A stretch of 53,672 bases of DNA, counting the filler, from Jimgerdemannia flammicorona (lineage: Eukaryota), in the NCBI GenBank assembly GCA_003990765.1. It is 2 parts of 2 records of this genome, joined end to end, with 100 filler letters (N's around TTAATTAATTAA, not from the genome) between each part and the next. Parts side by side here need not be neighbours in the genome. Positions count along the whole stretch, not along the records: positions 26,899 to 53,672 come from RBNJ01000695.1; 1 more part is not named here. The stretch is one strand, 5' to 3'. Numbering within the stretch: the first letter of the stretch is position 1; each line of letters begins with the position of its first letter. The position numbers and the translations under genes are program-made. This document shows positions 52,575 through 53,672 of this stretch, in pieces. Below the pieces are notes generated by a model. That model saw nothing but the letters and a program-made list of their open reading frames with translations, ran no database searches and was not told the DNA's origin.

Positions 52575-52857
52575 TTTGATATTAGCCTTTGAAATCCGCA
52601 TTGTTACCTTTGTACAGGACACTCGTCCCCTTCCAAAATTTGAGTCGGTCTTTCCGATCCTCGACATACATATTTCGTGCAGGCGTCAGCCAACCAAAAG
52701 CGTGTACGACTACTTAGAAGACTTTCCGTCCTTTCCGAAATGACAAAACTCGCAACATTTGTACACGTTATTTATTATTGTCGAATGTTATTGTCTCTTT
52801 CACGCAGACAGGTTCAATTTCATGAATCATTTTACATGGTATCCATTTATATTTAAT

Positions 52858-52919
<62 letters not shown>

Positions 52920-53672
52920 CCCATTGCGCAACTGTCTCATTCCTGAAAGACTCGTCACGCACTTTGTTCGGGTATATACGTCCATTCGTCAGAATCTAGA
53001 ATTTCATGGGGTTAGCAATCTACTTCTCTTCCTCGTATTCCATAAGCCTCTTTTGTTTGTGGTATTGTGCTTTTTCGGCCTTGCAATACGCCTTCTCGGC
53101 TTCGTAATCGTACTTCTGACATAATAGTCATCGCGCTGTACAGGGGTTTGGAGGCGGGGGGGTGCGTTAGATATAGATGATCAATCAGTGAGATGCCCCT
53201 TTGCAAGGGGAAAGTGAAAGTGGCTCACTTTGTTCTTTTTTTTTAAAAAAAATTCTCGACTAGAGTTTCTACGTCATGGTATTTAGCTTCTTTTCGGGGG
53301 TATAGTAATTCGGGTAGTAATAGTGCAATATTCGTTCTCATACTAAAAATATGAGGTAATATTGTTAGGTGTAAGTGGTGACGAGATCACCCTCGGTTTA
53401 GTCAATTCCGTGGCCCGATGAGAGATGTGGAGGTGTCTCAGTTTGATTATGGGCTGCGGTGATGGAGGGGTTGTCGTCACGCGCTGCCTGCATGGAATAT
53501 TATGGTGAGCATTGACCCCGAATACAACCTGGTATCGTTTTGCCGGCTCTTCGGTTTGACCATTGGCTCAAACGTTTGTTAATCCTCGCCAACCCAATGA
53601 CATCCTGCACAGCTCCATTCATGCATGCGTTTAGTTGCAGGTCTAAGAGTAATGCCGACCACAAGATAAAAA

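Noticed and set aside
52759..53124. Poly-Phe / poly-Lys ORFs
   Set aside because: Produced by a ~60-nt T homopolymer
53020..53645. Possible minus-strand exons of a downstream gene (EWS..QDV SAM-like start; charged C-terminal stretch)
   Set aside because: No consistent frame or splice model could be built; too weak to call

Overview
Eukaryotic, fungal-type DNA (short GT-AG introns; a GH18 chitinase and a Tgl1/Yeh-type lipase of non-ascomycete-looking style, so Mucoromycota is an inference only). Bases 1 to ~43,490 are a nest of decayed transposons. There are at least four Ty3/gypsy LTR retrotransposon families (called E, A, B and C/D here), all carrying a dUTPase. Also present are a LINE remnant, a 1.6-kb foldback Tc1/mariner-type element, hAT-like MITE ends and a 100-bp assembly gap. 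The nest is nearly CpG-free and full of C>T/G>A stops, with a sharp switch to normal composition at ~43.5 kb. After that come a frameshifted GH18 chitinase pseudogene and an intact 4-exon lipase. The most unusual signal is a shared, non-env accessory ORF (~264-366 codons) with its own TATA box. Family A carries it between pol and the 3' LTR; family C/D carries it inside the LTR (U3), and B and probably E appear to as well. A conserved CPHG-type Cys/His module sits next to the dUTPase in two different pol domain orders.
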